Shown: one piece after another, positions 18,863 through 27,236 of the stretch
Position numbering within the stretch: the stretch's first letter is position 1
How the letters are laid out: the number at the start of each line of letters is the position of its first letter
Origin: Bdellovibrionales bacterium
GTDB lineage: Bacteria; Bdellovibrionota_G; JALEGL01; JAGRMV01
Assembly (NCBI GenBank): GCA_020434365.1
Contig: JAGRAX010000002.1
Location: 1 to 63,473, forward strand
Reading direction: 5' to 3'
DNA length: 63,473 nucleotides
Made by a program: the position numbers and the translations under genes
Notes under the pieces: model-generated
Told to the model about the DNA's origin: nothing
Databases searched by the model: none
The model's input: only the letters and a program-made list of their open reading frames with translations

Positions 18863-20830
18863 TCAATCCAAAAGATCTTCGGCAATCTTTTCAAAAGCTG
18901 CCAAAGATTTAGGATTTTTTAGCGCATCTTCGTTGCCAAGCTTCTGCCCAGAAAAAATGTTTTTTACCGCCAGTTCCACTTTCTTTCCGCTAATTGTATA
19001 GGGAATTTCTTTGACCCGAAAAATATGCGTGGGAACATGTCTAGGAGAAGCTCCTTTTCGAACGTGATCTTTCAAAAGTGTTTTAAAAGAAGCATTAAAC
19101 TCTACCGACTCATCTAGAACCAAGAAAAGAAGAATTTCTTCATCTCGACCGTTTTCTCTTCCAACCACTAGACTATCTACAACACCCCCCATTTTTTCAA
19201 CTTGGCGATAAATCTCAGCAGTTCCAATTCGTATTCCACCAGGATTTAAGGTCGCATCGGAGCGTCCATAGATCACAGCACCTCCACGGTCGTTGATCAT
19301 GACATAATCTCCGTGAGCCCAGACTCCAGAAAATTTTTCAAAATAACTGCTTTTGTATTTTTTGTGCTTGGGATCATTCCAAAACTCCAAAGGCATGGAT
19401 GGAAAAGGTTTCTTACATACCAGCTCACCCTTTTCCCCTACAATCTCTTCTCCCTGATCGTTGAATGCCGCAACATCCATCCCTAAGCCTCTGCACTGAA
19501 GCTCGCCTCGATACACGGGAACAATCGGACATCCGAGAAAAAAGCAAGACACGATATCTGTACCTCCCGAAATGGATGACAAAATCATATTTTTTTTGAT
19601 CTCTTGATAAGCCCAATCGAAATCCTCGGGTGTCAACGGAGATCCTGTGGAAAAAATGGTACTCAAAGAATCCATCGAGCAAAGAGCTCTGGGCCTAAAG
19701 CCCTCCATACGACAAGAAGAAAGAAACTTTGCTGAAGTTCCAAAGTGCGTAATGCTTTCGGATTCAATGATTCTCCATAAACGCTCAATGGAAGGATAGT
19801 TTGCAGATCCATCATAAAGCACGATCCGACAACCCGTCATCAAAGAAGAAACCATCCAGTTCCACATCATCCAGCCGCAAGTTGTATAATACATAAAGAC
19901 ACTCTTTTCATTGAGATCTCCATGCAACCTAAGTTCTTTTTGATGTTGCAACAGCGTTCCCCCTGCTCCATGAACAATACATTTGGGCGCGCCTGTGGTT
20001 CCAGAAGAATAAAGTATGTAGGCAGGGTGATCAAAAGGGGTCGATACAAACTCTATCGGCGTTTTATTTTTTTTCTCGATCAGCTCTTTCCATTTGAGGG
20101 TTTTGACCTGTTTGGAGTGGTACTTCTCTTGATTTTTTTCTACAACAATCAAATGAGAAAGAGAGTCAATCCCTTCAACAATCGCATCAAGTTTTTCTGT
20201 CATGGAATAATTGCGACCATTGTAGGAGTAATTGGAGACTGCAATCAAAACTTTGGGTTTGATTTGGCCAAAGCGATCCATAATTCCAGAAGCTCCAAAA
20301 TCAGGTGAACAAGAAGTCCATATGGCCCCTAAAGACGTACAAGCAAGCATACTCACAATGGCTTCATAACCATTGGTGACCACAGCAGCGACGCGATCCC
20401 TTGGCTTTACATCCATGTCACGAAGCGTCTTCCAGACCGAAGACACATCCCTCAAGAGCTCTTTGGCTGTAATTTCTCTTCGCTCTCTTTCCTCAGTGAT
20501 TTCAACAATCACAACATCGAGGGGATTCTTTTCATATATGTTTTGTAAAAGGACACGCGCAAAATTCAACCTCGCACCTGCGAACCATTTGGTTCCAAAC
20601 ATTTCGTCTTTGCTTACAATTCGATCGTAGCTTTTATCAAGCACGATGCCGCTCCACTCTAAAAAGTGACTCCAAAAATGATCCGGCTTATCGATACTCC
20701 ATTGATAAAGATCGTTATAACGTTTCATGCTCGGATATCCCCGCTGACCTAGCCAAGTCATAAACTGCGCGATCTGACTTTGTTTTAAATGTTCAGGAGA
20801 AGGATTCCATAAGAGATCGCTACGAGCCAT
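18863..20830 (-). CDS. acetoacetyl-CoA synthetase (acetoacetate--CoA ligase)
   Basis: 655 aa. An AMP-binding enzyme (YSSGTTGAPKCIVH) whose N-terminal LWNPSPEHLKQSQIAQFMTWL region and overall length are typical of acetoacetyl-CoA synthetases. Confidence 0.8.
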   Translation of the reverse strand: MARSDLLWNPSPEHLKQSQIAQFMTWLGQRGYPSMKRYNDLYQWSIDKPDHFWSHFLEWSGIVLDKSYDRIVSKDEMFGTKWFAGARLNFARVLLQNIYEKNPLDVVIVEITEERERREITAKELLRDVSSVWKTLRDMDVKPRDRVAAVVTNGYEAIVSMLACTSLGAIWTSCSPDFGASGIMDRFGQIKPKVLIAVSNYSYNGRNYSMTEKLDAIVEGIDSLSHLIVVEKNQEKYHSKQVKTLKWKELIEKKNKTPIEFVSTPFDHPAYILYSSGTTGAPKCIVHGAGGTLLQHQKELRLHGDLNEKSVFMYYTTCGWMMWNWMVSSLMTGCRIVLYDGSANYPSIERLWRIIESESITHFGTSAKFLSSCRMEGFRPRALCSMDSLSTIFSTGSPLTPEDFDWAYQEIKKNMILSSISGGTDIVSCFFLGCPIVPVYRGELQCRGLGMDVAAFNDQGEEIVGEKGELVCKKPFPSMPLEFWNDPKHKKYKSSYFEKFSGVWAHGDYVMINDRGGAVIYGRSDATLNPGGIRIGTAEIYRQVEKMGGVVDSLVVGRENGRDEEILLFLVLDESVEFNASFKTLLKDHVRKGASPRHVPTHIFRVKEIPYTISGKKVELAVKNIFSGQKLGNEDALKNPKSLAAFEKIAEDLLD

Positions 20831-20831
20831 A

Positions 20832-21245
20832 TTACCCGTCCTTTCTTGTCGTGATACCCACGTTGCTTAAGCCCAAAGCTTTGATGACATCCATAACGGC
20901 AACAACACTCCCGTGTTTTGCATTTGCGTCCGCACGTATCAAAACTGGAAGGTCTTTTTTCTTTCCCTGAATTTTCTCTTGTACAAAATCATGAAGCTGA
21001 CCCGCAAAAACAAATTGATTGTTAACTGCGAGATCTCCATTTTCATGAATGGCAATGGTCAAAGATTGTAGATTTCCCACAGCATTGGCTACTTCAGAGG
21101 TCGGAAGGTCCACAAAAAAAACCGTGTCCAATCCAAAGCTGGTTGTCACCATAAAGAAAACCAAAATATTCATGAACAAATCAATCAAGGGAATCATGGA
21201 GATCTCCGCCTTTTTGTTCCGAGACTGTTTCTTTCGAAAATTCAT
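20832..21245 (-). CDS. exbD: ExbD/TolR family biopolymer transport protein
   Basis: 137 aa. The TM segment is ISMIPLIDLFMNILVFFMV, and the periplasmic domain contains LIRADANAKHGSVVAVMDVIKALG. The start overlaps the exbB-like stop (ATGA). Confidence 0.85.
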   Translation of the reverse strand: MNFRKKQSRNKKAEISMIPLIDLFMNILVFFMVTTSFGLDTVFFVDLPTSEVANAVGNLQSLTIAIHENGDLAVNNQFVFAGQLHDFVQEKIQGKKKDLPVLIRADANAKHGSVVAVMDVIKALGLSNVGITTRKDG

Positions 21246-21862
21246 AAATATTTCTTACAATTCATCCATACACTTTGGATAAAATCTTCCATCTCCATCA
21301 CGTAGTTTTCAACTCTTCGATAGTAGAGCCTTTGGAATACGAACGCAGGGATGGCTACAATGAGTCCTCCCGCAGTATTGAGTAAAGCTTCCGCGATCCC
21401 CCCCGAGAGTTTTAAAGGATCCCCCACACCAATGACCTTAATCACATCAAAGGTTTGTATCATCCCTGTTACGGTTCCTAGCAAACCCAAAAGCGGTGCA
21501 ATACTTGCGATCACACCCAAAAACTCTAGGTTTTTTTCCAGAACCACAGCCTGTTTTCGACCACTCTGCTGCATTTTTTCTTCCATTTGCTGAGGATCTG
21601 TAACATCTAAAGAGTCTGCTAAAATTCTCGCGATTGGAGATTCATGGGTCTTGGATAGAGACCACATCGCCTCAATTTGACCTTTGTCGAGTAAGCTGTG
21701 AATTTCATTAATGAAACTCTCTGGAAAAATTTTCTTTCGTGAAAGAGCCCTCCACCTCTCTATAATAAGGGTAAGAGCAATCATGGAGCTCAGAACAATA
21801 GGGAGCATGACAGGCCCACCCCGGGCTAGATAGTCGTAGCTCTGTGAAATAAAATCCGTCAT
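21242..21862 (-). CDS. exbB: MotA/TolQ/ExbB proton-channel family protein
   Basis: 206 aa with three TM segments. The C-terminal signature is GGIAEALLNTAGGLIVAIPAFVF. No TonB or TolA gene is adjacent. Confidence 0.85.
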   Translation of the reverse strand: MTDFISQSYDYLARGGPVMLPIVLSSMIALTLIIERWRALSRKKIFPESFINEIHSLLDKGQIEAMWSLSKTHESPIARILADSLDVTDPQQMEEKMQQSGRKQAVVLEKNLEFLGVIASIAPLLGLLGTVTGMIQTFDVIKVIGVGDPLKLSGGIAEALLNTAGGLIVAIPAFVFQRLYYRRVENYVMEMEDFIQSVWMNCKKYL

Positions 21863-21975
21863 AAAAACAGCAGTCTACGTCAAATGAGCCAAAGGAACAA
21901 AAAAAACCCTTTTTTCTCTCTCTCATCATAGCTAGGTAAAAACCCCAATTTATACAAGATGGTACGGAAATCGCA

Positions 21976-22001
21976 TATATAGTTATATTTATAACTATAT
22001 A
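21976..22001. repeat. 26-bp inverted repeat (candidate operator) in an AT-rich divergent intergenic region
   Basis: The sequence is tatatagttata-tt-tataactatata. The 12-bp arms (21976..21987 and 21990..22001) are perfectly complementary, separated by a 2-nt spacer. It lies between the exbB-like gene (-) and the pilin-like gene (+). Confidence 0.6.
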
Positions 22002-22191
22002 AAATAACGTTTTATATTAAATGCTTAATAATAAATTGATAAAAATAATGAAAATACGTAAAAAATATACTTGATACGTTCTTTGCATTCTCTAAGGCAA
22101 AGTTATACAATATAGTCCTGGAGCATGCGTTTTGACTGTAGGATGTAAAGAGCTTGTCCAGAAAAAAATCTAGGAAATTGTTGAGTCCAAA

Positions 22192-23445
22192 ATGAAACAA
22201 ATCATATCAAGCAATATCCGAGTATCTAAGGGTCTTGGAGTCATAGAATTGATGATCGCAGCGGTCCTTTTTGCGGGAGTCTTTGCCGCTGGATTTTCTA
22301 TCTTTCAAAAATCCACAAAAAAAGGCGTTGCCTTACAAAAAAACACTAAGAATGTGAGAGAAAAAGTTAAGTTTTTGGATCGTTTCAAATTTGAAATCGA
22401 AAACGCCATTCCTTTTTACAATGCTGAAAATATACGTTTGCAAGTCAACAGGCCTTCGGCTTGTACCTCTGGAGGAGTCTCTACAGTATCATGGGGCGTT
22501 AGACCTTATCCGGGCTATGATAAAAATGAGTACGAAGCTGCAAACAATGCCATCATCGATCCTTCTGACGAAGTTTCTTTATTTGACGGAGTCAATGACG
22601 ACAACGATGCGGTACAGATCGTCTATATTCCACAGCAGAGCTCGTTTATTCGCCTGGCCGTGGATGGATCAAATGAAACCTTTTCCACCAGTGGCGTAAA
22701 TCCTGTGACCGTATCATCGATCGAAAACTTGGCCGTGGGAGATTACGTTGTCGTCATTGATTCAGAGCAATCTGATTTGTTTCGGATCACAAGCATTCAG
22801 AGCACATCCAACGGCTACGATCTCTACCACTCCAGTCGTTCGTATTGGAACCCTGCAGACTTTACACATGAATACGGTGAAAGCGATCCTGACAGTGCTT
22901 ATGTATTTAGAGTCAAAATGGCGAGCTACGCCTTCGATCCAGACAACAACACTGTAGTTCGTGACGACCATTCCTTAGACGATTCTTTTGATCCAGCGAC
23001 GCTGGAGTATCTCCCAGGGGGAGCCGCGGAGATGACACATCAATGGGAACCTGTATTGCTTTCTGCTGAGAGGCTACAAATTCTATATAACTTGTTCAAT
23101 CAAACCGTTCCGATTCGAACACCCCGTATGGGACTTCCCGGAGAGCAGTGTTTTCAAGACATCACCGGGTCATTGGATTGCAGTTGCACCAATCAAATTG
23201 GCATGCCTGGTCTTCAATTTTTTACAACCTCTCTCCAGATTGAGCAAGCTGCAGAGTCCTCGGAGAGCTTTCGCTTCTCACCTCACAATCTAAAGAATGG
23301 AATCGCAAACCTCTCTAGAGGCGCTGAGCTTACAGGAGATCCCGTAGTTCTTGTCAACCAAGAGTACATGGCGACTGAAGAAGCTTATACTGGTGGCGGA
23401 ACCGGAGGCGACGGAGGTCCAAACATCGGTGGTGGAGGTCAATAA
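22192..23445 (+). CDS. prepilin-type N-terminal cleavage/methylation domain protein (PilW-like minor pilin or pseudopilin)
   Basis: 417 aa. The N-terminus MKQIISSNIRVSKG|LGVIELMIAAVLFAGVF fits the G-x-x-x-x-E prepilin peptidase motif, with Glu at +5 followed by a hydrophobic helix. The C-terminus has a Gly-rich tail (GGGTGGDGGPNIGGGGQ). Confidence 0.7.
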   Translation: MKQIISSNIRVSKGLGVIELMIAAVLFAGVFAAGFSIFQKSTKKGVALQKNTKNVREKVKFLDRFKFEIENAIPFYNAENIRLQVNRPSACTSGGVSTVSWGVRPYPGYDKNEYEAANNAIIDPSDEVSLFDGVNDDNDAVQIVYIPQQSSFIRLAVDGSNETFSTSGVNPVTVSSIENLAVGDYVVVIDSEQSDLFRITSIQSTSNGYDLYHSSRSYWNPADFTHEYGESDPDSAYVFRVKMASYAFDPDNNTVVRDDHSLDDSFDPATLEYLPGGAAEMTHQWEPVLLSAERLQILYNLFNQTVPIRTPRMGLPGEQCFQDITGSLDCSCTNQIGMPGLQFFTTSLQIEQAAESSESFRFSPHNLKNGIANLSRGAELTGDPVVLVNQEYMATEEAYTGGGTGGDGGPNIGGGGQ

Positions 23446-23446
23446 A

Positions 23447-25576
23447 ATGGTGGGTATGGAGACAAACATGAAACATTGGAAGCGTCATCAAGGCATGGCT
23501 GTTTTTGGGGTTTTGATTCTCATTGTGGTTTCGGTCGCGATTTTTCTTGCCGTAAATCAGGGAAATCTTTCAGTTCAAAAAATTGCGAGTCTCATTCGAA
23601 AAAACATCACGCTCCAGAACCAAGCAGAAACAGGATCGGATATTGCGAAGGGTATGCTCATCAAATTGGCGGAAAACAATATGGAGAACCAGTACTCAGG
23701 CTCGAGTCTTGCGAGTTTTTCCAACCCAGGAGATGGAATCAATCCCGTTGAGCAGGGGTATGTTTACGATAGTGATCGGTCCACATTGACCGCTTTGATC
23801 GACAGCACCCAAGGCAGCACAAAGACTTTGGTGTATTTGTTTCCAGAAGACCCCAATCCAGCAATAGACTGGTCTTCTGACCCTACTGAATATGATGGAG
23901 AGTACCCAAAGAGATTTTTGATCGTATCTCAGGCCGAAAATACGCAAACCGGAGAATCATTTTCCATCGAAACCTTGGTAGAAATCACAGAAGAACCTTT
24001 TTCTGAAATCCTCTATGGAATTCTCGGATCTGGAGGGGTCCCCAGTGAATTTTATATTGAGCCTGGAATTTTTGAGGGTCGTGTGCATTTCAATCTTGAC
24101 CCTACAGAACTGTATATGAACTCTTCGAAACAAATTGGAGACTTGGTTGGCTATGGCATCGCCGTGAACGAAGGCATGCCCTCAAGCCCCACCTACGAAG
24201 AGGCCATGCAATATGGATATGAGCTCGACGATCAGGCGCACTATTATCTTGGACATGTAACTTTTGCCAACAGCACCCCCTCAGGACAAGAGTATCCTTT
24301 CAAAAGAACTGGATTTGCTTATGACGATTCAGAAAGCTGCACGCAAGACTGTGGATACGGTGAACGTTACACCGAAATACTATTTCAGGAAGGCTATTCA
24401 GAAGGCTACGACAAGGTCAAGCCTTTGGATACCAGCTATTTTTCCAATCTGATTCCCAATGCTGACGTAGACTTTACAGGCTCGGGAAAAACTGACGTCT
24501 GTCTAAAATTTATCAACACCGTTGGAGGAGCCAAGCTTAAAGAATACACCTGCAACACTGATCAGCCCTATGTATGGGATCGTTATGTAGGTGAGGAAGA
24601 TGATGTTCGAAATGGAACCGACAGTTCCATCGCCACCTACGATGCAGGAGGCCTTATTGCTTGCGGGGATTGCGATGTTCACATCAAAGGTATTGTCGCT
24701 GATACTACAAGTGTAGTAGCTCAAAACGTATATATTGAAGGAGATCTTGTCTATCAGGACCCCTATAACAATATGCTGGGTGTGATGGCCATCAATGATA
24801 TTGTGGTTCCCGATGGCGTTCCTCAGCATGAGAGACCCATGTTTTCTAACATGATGGCTCAAACCATTGACTCTTACAATCCTTTAAACTCAAGCAGTCA
24901 AAATGGTCTCCTACGAAACATCACAAACTTCATTCCCGAAGACAGCAATGGAGATCCCATTGATTTGGATATCGAGGACACCACCTACCCCGCGCAGTGG
25001 ATGTATAAAGCTGCTCTTCAGGGTATTGGCTTTGTCAACGGCGCCGCCACACTGGACTTAGAAGGACATTTCATTGCGGGAAATTATTTCAGAATGCAGG
25101 GCATATGGCAGCCTGAAATGGACGCCGACAAAGCCATTGGAATCATGGCTACGGAAGATGGTGGAGCAACATGGGACAGGTATCTCCTAACCGAGTGGGA
25201 TCAGCCCAACTCTTTTTACATCACGGATCCAATGGACCCCTCAAAGAAAATTCCAAGACCTGGAATCGAGCCTGCTTTTTATAGAGATGGTCATTTGAAC
25301 AAAACTCCCAAAGATGGCGTGTATGACTATGGTGAAGAGTTTATCCGCATTCCCCAAGGTCAGTTACACATTCGAGGCAGTGCCAACCATTTGTATGCAT
25401 ACTCTTCTCGCCTCTTCAACCAGCAGACCAATGGTTTTTTTCGTAGGGTCCATAGAGAAGACAAAAGGGTAGATGCCACGCCTCCTTTATTTTTTCCCAG
25501 AACAGGAGAGGTTGTCATTGGAAGCAAGTTTACCAAGAGCTACAAAGGCAAAAGCTCTTTGATTCCTCAATCGTAA
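23447..25576 (+). CDS. large PilX-N-terminal-like pilus-associated protein
   Basis: Start moved to the ATG at 23447, which lies 1 nt after the upstream stop and has GGAGG about 9 nt upstream. The N-terminus KRHQGMAVFGVLILIVVSVAIFLAV resembles the PilX N-terminal anchor (basic residues, Q-G, hydrophobic helix). The remainder (~660 aa) has beta-helix-like segments (VHIKGIVADTTSVVAQNVYIEGDLVY) and no family that I recognise. Confidence 0.6.
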   Translation: MVGMETNMKHWKRHQGMAVFGVLILIVVSVAIFLAVNQGNLSVQKIASLIRKNITLQNQAETGSDIAKGMLIKLAENNMENQYSGSSLASFSNPGDGINPVEQGYVYDSDRSTLTALIDSTQGSTKTLVYLFPEDPNPAIDWSSDPTEYDGEYPKRFLIVSQAENTQTGESFSIETLVEITEEPFSEILYGILGSGGVPSEFYIEPGIFEGRVHFNLDPTELYMNSSKQIGDLVGYGIAVNEGMPSSPTYEEAMQYGYELDDQAHYYLGHVTFANSTPSGQEYPFKRTGFAYDDSESCTQDCGYGERYTEILFQEGYSEGYDKVKPLDTSYFSNLIPNADVDFTGSGKTDVCLKFINTVGGAKLKEYTCNTDQPYVWDRYVGEEDDVRNGTDSSIATYDAGGLIACGDCDVHIKGIVADTTSVVAQNVYIEGDLVYQDPYNNMLGVMAINDIVVPDGVPQHERPMFSNMMAQTIDSYNPLNSSSQNGLLRNITNFIPEDSNGDPIDLDIEDTTYPAQWMYKAALQGIGFVNGAATLDLEGHFIAGNYFRMQGIWQPEMDADKAIGIMATEDGGATWDRYLLTEWDQPNSFYITDPMDPSKKIPRPGIEPAFYRDGHLNKTPKDGVYDYGEEFIRIPQGQLHIRGSANHLYAYSSRLFNQQTNGFFRRVHREDKRVDATPPLFFPRTGEVVIGSKFTKSYKGKSSLIPQS

Positions 25577-25703
25577 CTATGTAGAGGCGATAAATCTCAC
25601 CGTTTCAATGGATGTAGTATTTTCGTCCGTATAAAAAATCTGACAATCCTAAGCTTTCCGATGACTACGCAGTTTTTTTTACCGAATGCTTTGGATAGAA
25701 AAC

Positions 25704-27236
25704 TCACACGTGGAATCGGCGTCTGCGCATCCAAACACATCCAAAAAGCATCAAGATCACAAGATAAGTAAATGTTTCTTGCGCTTGAGATGTACATGCG
25801 GCCCGGCTTCCTCCCAATACAAAGCCCTCTGTATCGCAGGCATCTCCCACTCCGTTGCCATTGGAATCCACCTGATTGACATTTTTAATCAAAGGGCAAT
25901 TGTCTAGCGGGTTGACAAGACCATCTCCATCAATATCTGGATCACAAACATCTCCCAAAGCATCTGAATCTCGATCCTTCTGATCTTCATTTGCCACTGC
26001 GGGGCAGTTGTCTTCAGAGTCCTCCACACCATCTCCATCTTGATCTCCCTGACATGGGTTTCCAAAACCATCATTGTCGTCATCAGCCTGGCTTGGGTTG
26101 AAAACCAATGGACAATTGTCCACACTGTCTATGATCCCATCATTGTCATTGTCATTGTCGCAGGCGTCCCCCAAGGCATCTCCATCAACGTTGCTTTGAA
26201 GAATATTTGCAAGGGTACGGCAGTTATCCTGCGCATCGGGAACCGCATCATCATCAGAGTCCGTATCTTGAAAGTCTGGAATTAGATCGCCGTCCGTATC
26301 TACAGGATCGGGAGCCAAGCTGGATTTTCCAGCTTCTACAGAGTCTGAAACTCCATCGCCATCGGAATCCGTATCCATTTTGTCGGGAATTCCGTCAGAA
26401 TCCGTATCCAAAACCACACCCGGAAAACTCTCATCTACATCGTAAATATTGTCACCATCACTATCCAAAGATAGTGGGGCCGAGGAAATATTTAAGGGAT
26501 CTGTACAAGCCAAAAACTCTCTGAGCAGGTGAAATCCATCCCCGTCATTTTCTGCTGTAAAGCTGTTGGCCACATCAGGATCTAGACCCAAATCTTTTCC
26601 CGTATTGCTGTCTTCTTCTCCCCGAACCCCTGCAGCGCCGTAATAGATCTCAAACCCATCGGGAAGCCGATCTCCATCGGAATCTTCCATACTTCCTGAA
26701 AAGCCCAGACTTGTTTGCTCTGAGGAAAAAACCGAACCCAAATTGATCAACGAAAAAGTCAAAAGCTCTTCCACCGGACAGGGAGGATTCTGAAGATCTC
26801 GAATCACCAGAGTTCCATTGCCATTGTTGGCCGAAGGACTAAACTCAACATTGATGGTCTTATTTACATTGTCAACCGTCACAGCAGAAACCGACACGTT
26901 GAAGCCAAGCCCCCCTGTAAGGCCACTGATCGAAACATCCCCCAACTCGATGTTTGCCAGATTAAATCCTGTCGTAGCCCCCACGCCAAAAGAACTCAAG
27001 TCAATCTCAACTTCAGCGACTGAACTGAAGGCCGGTATGTCAAATTGATAGCTGTGCACCACATGCGTATTGGATTGACTGTCGATGCCATTGGTCCCAT
27101 CTACTCCGATAGAAGTTGCAGAAGAACTCAAAGAGAGACTAAATGACCACAAACTTTGAGGAAAGCAAAAGGGTGAGGATAAGAGAATGACCGAAACCAT
27201 CAACGAAAACAGAGCAGCAGATTGTTTTTTCATCAT
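25704..27236 (-). CDS. secreted thrombospondin type 3 (TSP3) calcium-binding repeat protein with a C-terminal Cys/TM/Arg sorting tail
   Basis: 510 aa with a signal peptide. Residues ~184-468 (nt 25833..26687) are Asp-rich TSP3 repeats, for example DTDSDGIPDKMDTDSDGDGVSDS, DNCPLVFNPSQADDDNDGFGNPCQGDQDGDGVEDSEDNCPAVANEDQKDRDSDALGDVCD and DNCPLIKNVNQVDSNGNGVGDACD. The protein ends in SRAACTSQAQETFTYLVILMLFGCVWMRRRRFHV. Confidence 0.85.
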   Translation of the reverse strand: MMKKQSAALFSLMVSVILLSSPFCFPQSLWSFSLSLSSSATSIGVDGTNGIDSQSNTHVVHSYQFDIPAFSSVAEVEIDLSSFGVGATTGFNLANIELGDVSISGLTGGLGFNVSVSAVTVDNVNKTINVEFSPSANNGNGTLVIRDLQNPPCPVEELLTFSLINLGSVFSSEQTSLGFSGSMEDSDGDRLPDGFEIYYGAAGVRGEEDSNTGKDLGLDPDVANSFTAENDGDGFHLLREFLACTDPLNISSAPLSLDSDGDNIYDVDESFPGVVLDTDSDGIPDKMDTDSDGDGVSDSVEAGKSSLAPDPVDTDGDLIPDFQDTDSDDDAVPDAQDNCRTLANILQSNVDGDALGDACDNDNDNDGIIDSVDNCPLVFNPSQADDDNDGFGNPCQGDQDGDGVEDSEDNCPAVANEDQKDRDSDALGDVCDPDIDGDGLVNPLDNCPLIKNVNQVDSNGNGVGDACDTEGFVLGGSRAACTSQAQETFTYLVILMLFGCVWMRRRRFHV

